Program-made: the position numbers and the translations under genes
Part shown: positions 59,029 through 64,000 of the stretch, piece by piece
Position numbering within the stretch: position 1 is the stretch's first letter
Layout of the letters: every line of letters starts with the position of its first letter
The notes under the pieces: model-generated
Told to the model about the DNA's origin: nothing
Databases searched by the model: none
Seen by the model: only the letters and a program-made list of their open reading frames with translations
Assembly: GCA_963786955.1 (NCBI GenBank)
Contig: CAWBAT010000002.1
Location: 107,874 to 171,873 of the forward strand
Source: an uncultured Acidimicrobiia bacterium
Lineage (GTDB): Bacteria; Acidobacteriota; Terriglobia; Versatilivoradales; Versatilivoraceae
Reading direction: 5' to 3'
Length of the DNA: 64,000 nucleotides

Positions 59029-62000
59029 CTAAAAGATAAACTTCACTCCAAATTGAATGTGACGCGGACTTTGAGCGGAGAGAATGCTTCCAAAGGTGGG
59101 AGAGCCGAGGAAAATATCAGGCAGGTCGAAATTGGGATGATTGAGAAAATTGAAGAATTCGAAACGGAATTGCAATGATTTCGTTTCCGTAAATTGGATG
59201 TTTTTCAGCAAAGACAGGTTCACATTTTGGTAGCCCGGGCCGGTTAGAATATTTCTCCCGGAATTTCCAAAGCTACCGTAAGATGGAAAACCAAAGGCAG
59301 TCGTATTAAACCATCGATCCGGGCTCTGGCTTCCGCTCGACGGGTCCCCCACGATGTTGGGACGATCATTGGCTCCAAATCCCAAGCTGGAACGTCCGGT
59401 ATTACTGTTGTCAATTTCGGGAAGAAGCGCTACGGTGAATGGCCTGCCGCTTTGTAAACTGACGATCCCCAGAGTTTGCCAACCGGACATGAACTGGGTC
59501 AGCCAGCCTTTGTCCGCCCAAACTGAGTGGCCTTTACCGAGGGGAATGTAATAGGAAAAGCCCAACGAAAATCGTTGGGGTAAATCAAAATTAGATCTCC
59601 CTCTCTCACTCCGCAGGTCATAACTATTCTGGGGATAATTGGAATCCCCGACGCTGGTGAAAAAATCCGAAGCATCATCGATGGATCGCGACCATGTGTA
59701 GGCCGCCAGCACTGCCAATCCAAATTCGAGATTCTGCTGAAATCGGATTTGAAGGCTGTGGTAGGTTGAACTGGCCCGCGCCTCTAATTCATTAATGTCG
59801 GCAAAGGCAGAGATGGGGCGCGGATTATACGGAGCAGGACTCGGTAACGGCTGGTTGATATCCCGTCCAGCGTAGAGCTTCGTTCCTTTCGATCCCACAT
59901 ACGCCACCTCTAAGACTCGTCTTCTTCCAAATTCGCGTTGAACATTCAAATTCCACTGTTGAACATAGGGCGTCTTCAGGTCGCGTTGGATCGCTTGGGC
60001 TGATGGGGGCAGCGGATATGGGAAGGCTGCCGGGAAAGGGTTGTCCAGTGTGAGTGGAAGCCCGGGCAATGGAAAGTAAAAATTGAGGTTATAAAACGGC
60101 GGATTAAAATAAATCCCTTCTCCGGGGGCTAAGGCGGATTGATCATAGTAGATTCCGTAACCGGCGCGGACGACCAAAGCGGGATCTTGTTTTGGAGACC
60201 AAGCAAAGCCAACCCGCGGGGCCCAATTATTCCAATCAGGGTAGCGTCCGGATCGCGGCATTTTTGCAGTTCCCAGAGGAACAATGGTCTGGCTTGCAGA
60301 GTCGTATAAACCCGCCTGGTTAAACGCATCGAATGGTGGCGTATTATGCTCGTAGCGAACCCCAAAAAGGATGGAAAGGTTCGGACGAAGTTGGTAGGTA
60401 TCCTGAAAATAGAGACTAAAACCTCTCGTCCGCAAATGTTGCGCATTGTCGATCTGTGCGCCCCCTGTGAATATCGGGAACCCCAAAAGCAAATCCCCCA
60501 TGGCGTTACCCGTAATCGGCGCCGAACTGGAAAAAGTGAGGAGCCCACGGGATTGGATGTCCCGGTAAGCGTTCTGCTGGATGACGTGCCCATCCCCGCC
60601 GAACTTCAGGAGATGGGTATTATGAGCCCAGGTCAAATTATCCGACGCGATGAATGTATTTGCCACACTATGCTGCGGGTTATTGTACTCATCTCCAAGA
60701 GGAGAGTAGCCAGTAACAGTAATGAAGCTGAGACCAAAATCTCGCGGATTATCAGACAATTCCGGAAGTCCGACGGACTGGTTCAGGCTCATCCCTTGAT
60801 TTTCATGGAACGAACCGAAGGCAACCCGCCCAAATCCCAAACGCACTTCATTCAAAATCGTGGGCGAGAAGGTATGTGTTTCGGTCAATACCAAGTTTTG
60901 GGCCCGCCTCGGGATATTGGTCCCGAATCCCGGGACTGCGGCAAATCCCGGCCCCGAAAAAGGCTCGTACAAGTATCCATCACCAAAACTATAACGACAG
61001 GACAAGGAGGATTGACTACCGACTTGCTGATCAATTCGAACATCAAATTGATCGATTCGATTCGTTGAAGTGGGAGATGCAACAAAGTTCTCTCCAGCGA
61101 CTAACCGATTGGGAATGGGATATAGAGCCGCAATGGCACGTCCGACTTGGCTTTGTCGCTCTACAGGGATTTTGCCGCCCGGAAAAGGCTGTTGCGTATA
61201 AGGGTCAATGGGTGGAGAGGAAAGACTCTTGGAAAAATCGCCACTCCTTTCCTCGTTTGTCGGAACATTCGAGACTCGTGTGACCCCTTCCAACGATCGG
61301 GAACCCTCATAGTCAACGAAGAAGAAGGTTCGGTTCGTCTTGATCGGGCCCCCCAGCGACGCTCCAAACTGGTTCCGTTGATATTGAGGGGCTGTTCCTG
61401 CTTCGGGAGCAAAATAATTCCGCCCATCCAAAGTTGCGTTTCGTACAAATTCATAGACGGTCCCATGAAACGCGTTCGTTCCCGACTTCATCACGACATT
61501 GACTTGGCTCCCGCTATTTCTGCCGAACGAGGCGTCCGGAGTACTTGTCAGCAATTCGAATTCTCGGATGGAGTCAACGGGAGGTTGAATACCTAACGTA
61601 TTCAGTTTGGGATCGACATTACTGATACCATCGAGGAGAAAGTTGTTGGTTCCTTCTCGTCCTCCACTCACACTAAATGAAAAGTCTCCTCGAACCGAAC
61701 TGGCCGAACCCGGCGCCGCCGGCACAGCTCCTGGGAGCAGGAGGCTTAATTCTAAGAAATTTCTCCCGTCTAGCGGCATATTAACGATTTGGTTATTCTC
61801 GACCACTCCACCAAGGGCCGCAGAGTCTTTGCGCAGAGGAGTAAATGGGGCACTCACTTCCATAATCTCCTGCGTTGAACCGACGTCAAGCTGAATGGTA
61901 AGACGCATCTCCTGATTCACCGAGAGTTCGAATCGACTCACATACTTCTTGTAGCCGGGATGTTCAACCTCAAGACGGTAGAACCCCACCTGAAGATTTG

Positions 62001-62250
62001 ACAAGATGAATTCACCCTCAGAGCCGCTGATCACAGAGCGGCTTTCGCTAGTCTCTTCTCTGACTAATAGAAGCTGCGCTTGGGGAACCGCAAGCTTCGA
62101 TAGATCTTCGACCTGTCCACGAATCGTTGCGCGATGACCTTGAGCAAAGGAAATTTGAGCCGAGAAAAGGAGAAAGAAGAGAAGACGAAGAAATCGACTG
62201 GCACTCAAATTGCAATTTCCACAACCCCTTTTTGTGAATAAACCGGTCAT
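59029..62250 (-). CDS. TonB-dependent receptor, Oar-like, with carboxypeptidase-regulatory N-domain
   Basis: Signal; PLDGRNFLEL..L.PG; KSGTNAFHG; RNQFGASLGGPI; NWAPRVGFAW; EFFNFLNHPNF; PRHIQFGVKFIF. Confidence 0.93.
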   Translation of the reverse strand: MTGLFTKRGCGNCNLSASRFLRLLFFLLFSAQISFAQGHRATIRGQVEDLSKLAVPQAQLLLVREETSESRSVISGSEGEFILSNLQVGFYRLEVEHPGYKKYVSRFELSVNQEMRLTIQLDVGSTQEIMEVSAPFTPLRKDSAALGGVVENNQIVNMPLDGRNFLELSLLLPGAVPAAPGSASSVRGDFSFSVSGGREGTNNFLLDGISNVDPKLNTLGIQPPVDSIREFELLTSTPDASFGRNSGSQVNVVMKSGTNAFHGTVYEFVRNATLDGRNYFAPEAGTAPQYQRNQFGASLGGPIKTNRTFFFVDYEGSRSLEGVTRVSNVPTNEERSGDFSKSLSSPPIDPYTQQPFPGGKIPVERQSQVGRAIAALYPIPNRLVAGENFVASPTSTNRIDQFDVRIDQQVGSQSSLSCRYSFGDGYLYEPFSGPGFAAVPGFGTNIPRRAQNLVLTETHTFSPTILNEVRLGFGRVAFGSFHENQGMSLNQSVGLPELSDNPRDFGLSFITVTGYSPLGDEYNNPQHSVANTFIASDNLTWAHNTHLLKFGGDGHVIQQNAYRDIQSRGLLTFSSSAPITGNAMGDLLLGFPIFTGGAQIDNAQHLRTRGFSLYFQDTYQLRPNLSILFGVRYEHNTPPFDAFNQAGLYDSASQTIVPLGTAKMPRSGRYPDWNNWAPRVGFAWSPKQDPALVVRAGYGIYYDQSALAPGEGIYFNPPFYNLNFYFPLPGLPLTLDNPFPAAFPYPLPPSAQAIQRDLKTPYVQQWNLNVQREFGRRRVLEVAYVGSKGTKLYAGRDINQPLPSPAPYNPRPISAFADINELEARASSTYHSLQIRFQQNLEFGLAVLAAYTWSRSIDDASDFFTSVGDSNYPQNSYDLRSERGRSNFDLPQRFSLGFSYYIPLGKGHSVWADKGWLTQFMSGWQTLGIVSLQSGRPFTVALLPEIDNSNTGRSSLGFGANDRPNIVGDPSSGSQSPDRWFNTTAFGFPSYGSFGNSGRNILTGPGYQNVNLSLLKNIQFTETKSLQFRFEFFNFLNHPNFDLPDIFLGSPTFGSILSAQSPRHIQFGVKFIF

Positions 62251-62536
62251 CTCAGGCAACCTAATCGAAGGAAACTGGACACTCTAAATTGAATGCTTTG
62301 AACTGGAGTTGGCCCACCCAACACGAGCTAGCTTAACAGTCTTCGCAAAGTTGGCAAGAACTTTGAAGCGTCGATTCCGGCTGGAAAGTTAAGGCATGAC
62401 GCCATGCAAAGGCAGGTGAGGCCGGAAAGGCCTGGGATGGAATTCAGCTGACTGCTTCCGAAAGAAGAGGGGTAGCAGTTCCTCATCAAAGAAAAAAAAA
62501 TCCCTGGAACTGATTCAGAAACCGTAGAGCCGTTCA

Positions 62537-62611
62537 GGTGGAGCGGGCGCGTGGGACCGCTGTCCCCTTGGCGCACGCTCGAGGGACGGCGACGGACGCG
62601 CGCATTCCACC
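62537..62611. repeat. GGTGGA...TCCACC REP-like doublet
   Basis: GGTGGAGCGGGCGCGT...ACGCGCGCATTCCACC inverted arms; related short unit near 45824-45853. Confidence 0.5.
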
Positions 62612-62801
62612 GGAACAAGAAAGAGAAGTTTAGGTGGATAACGGCGCTCATTCGGCGCCGTTAGAGGTTCTGCGATTTTGTAGGTTGAAATGTCCATTGT
62701 CTTCCGAGGAGATTCGATCGGAAGAGCTATTTCCCCCGATTACAAGTTGGTAATCATCCTGCCGGAGTTTGCATGGCTTGATCCCTTTCTGGGCTCAGAA
62801 C

Positions 62802-63367
62802 TTAGTTTCTAAAAAGACCGATACGCCGGAACAGGACTTGTCCACGGATTTCCCCATCGGAAATATGTTGGTGTGAATATTGACGTAAGTGTTCCCAGCA
62901 TCATCGCTTTCAATACCTCATCAAGTACGGTTGTTTCAGCAGGATCGATTCCCTGGGCCAATGGCCCGTTTATATCGGTAGCATGGATAGAACCTTCGAT
63001 CGATCCGGAAGCCGGATCTCCACAGGTTGCAATGGGCGTACCGGCTCCGCAAAGAAGTGCCACTTGCACCGCCAGTGACACTAAATTGACCAAACCGAAC
63101 GTCCGCATTTGTTATCGACGCCCCTTCCAGATTCTTCCACTGTAACTTAAAATTAATCTTAGTTTTATCATCACTCAATTGAGCGTCAAACTGTCCAACT
63201 CCATTACTGGAAACAGCTGGAACTTCCTGATAGCCCGTAAGTAGTGCGCGAACGGTGCCCCCTTGTTTTCCCTGGCCGCTATTGCTGTTATCGTCTGCCT
63301 TGTAGTTCGGGGAAAAGGAAAGGGCCAGAATTGTAATCAGTGTCATGCTGAATGCAAGCTTTCGCAT
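62802..63367 (-). pseudogene. Secreted CHRD-domain protein with three -1 frameshifts
   Basis: GAGGAGG RBS, signal, LTGYQEVP.V, then LCG..C, then AGNTYVNIHT.. and GEIRGQ in shifting frames. Confidence 0.8.
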
Positions 63368-63702
63368 GCTATTCCTCCTCAACGAATCAAATGGGATGTG
63401 TTAGATCAAGCGAAAAACAACAAGGTCGTGCATGCACGTGCCAGACCAAATAATGAAGGTCGGTCGGAGATGAGGCTTAACCAATTCAAGAGATAGACAC
63501 TGAAATTCCAAAGGTTTCCGGCAGCGGGCGGTTTGGAATCCCCTGATGATGAAAAAATTACAGTAACTGACCTGTAGGCTCCATTCTGTACCATAAATTC
63601 TCTAACATTAATTTGCGATGAAACAGGAGAAAACCCGATTATTCAATAAAGAAGTTGGCTCTACGAACCCAATTTAGAAGGGTCGGCAAAGACAGTCTTT
63701 TC

Positions 63703-63758
63703 TGGTGTCCGGGGCCGGTATCGAACCGGCACGGGGGGGACCCCCAACGGTTTTTGGA
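63703..63758 (-). tRNA. 3' fragment of tRNA-Leu (probably CAA), likely an att site; not a functional gene
   Basis: Minus strand CAAAAACCGTTGGGGGTCCCCCCCGTGCCGGTTCGATACCGGCCCCGGACACCA: long variable arm, T-arm and CCA; no D-arm or 5' acceptor strand. Confidence 0.7.
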
Positions 63759-64000
63759 CCCAGTAAACGGCTGAAGACTAGCTTCCAGTGCTGGTTTTAA
63801 AGGACTTAAAAGGTACAATTGCGCAACGAAATAGCATGGGATATCATAATAAAGTATCCTCTCGGGTACAATTACGGGTGCAAAAATGACCCAATACGGA
63901 TTTTCATTCGGACCAGGATGCTCTGGTGACAGCCATTTTTGCTAGCGGTGCTGTCACTTAAGAATTACCTTGAAGCTGGATCAACTTATCGCTTCTGAGG

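Noticed and set aside
4227-61596. Long alternative-frame or antisense ORFs (e.g. 4227-4964, 5574-6176, 8899-9636, 51245-51922, 60346-61068)
   Set aside because: They lie within well-supported genes and show no recognisable motifs; shadow ORFs.
62260-62700. Cobalamin riboswitch before the TonB receptor
   Set aside because: Only a short CACCTGCC similarity; the AGGGAA, CCC.C.ACTGT and B12-box elements are absent.
63703-63780. Complete tRNA gene
   Set aside because: 5' acceptor strand and D-arm are missing.

Overview
Bacterial chromosomal window whose gene repertoire points to Acidobacteriota (inference from an Oar-like TonB receptor, an acidobacterial-type VWA protein, a wHTH-TolB-like regulator and many WPxWRGP beta-propellers). 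The left half holds scattered sugar-utilisation genes (uxuA, a Tat-exported GH42, a GHL6-like hydrolase, rhaT, lacD), a patchy accessory stretch at 10.4-15.6 kb, an SPFH protein, mscL, tRNA-Glu(CTC), a class A PBP and an orphan 1248-aa BrxC/DUF6079-like ATPase. The best candidate for an undescribed system is the ~24 kb locus at 33.7-58.1 kb. It encodes a GriC/GriD (EhpF/EhpG)-like two-component carboxylate reductase, an ICMT-like membrane methyltransferase, a CxxC-bearing GT4, a LolD-like ATPase with a 1190-aa double-FtsX permease, an Fe-ADH, MFS and DMT-like transporters, and seven divergent secreted PQQ-like propellers, with no phz or pqq genes in the window. The right end carries a REP-flanked RAYT transposase, a TonB receptor, a frameshifted CHRD gene and a 3' tRNA-Leu fragment that probably marks an island edge. 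Intergenic DNA is rich in REP/MITE-like repeats of several families, including TIR shells that enclose REPs, and two secreted-protein genes share a conserved structured 5' leader. All family assignments come from motif recognition by eye, not database searches.
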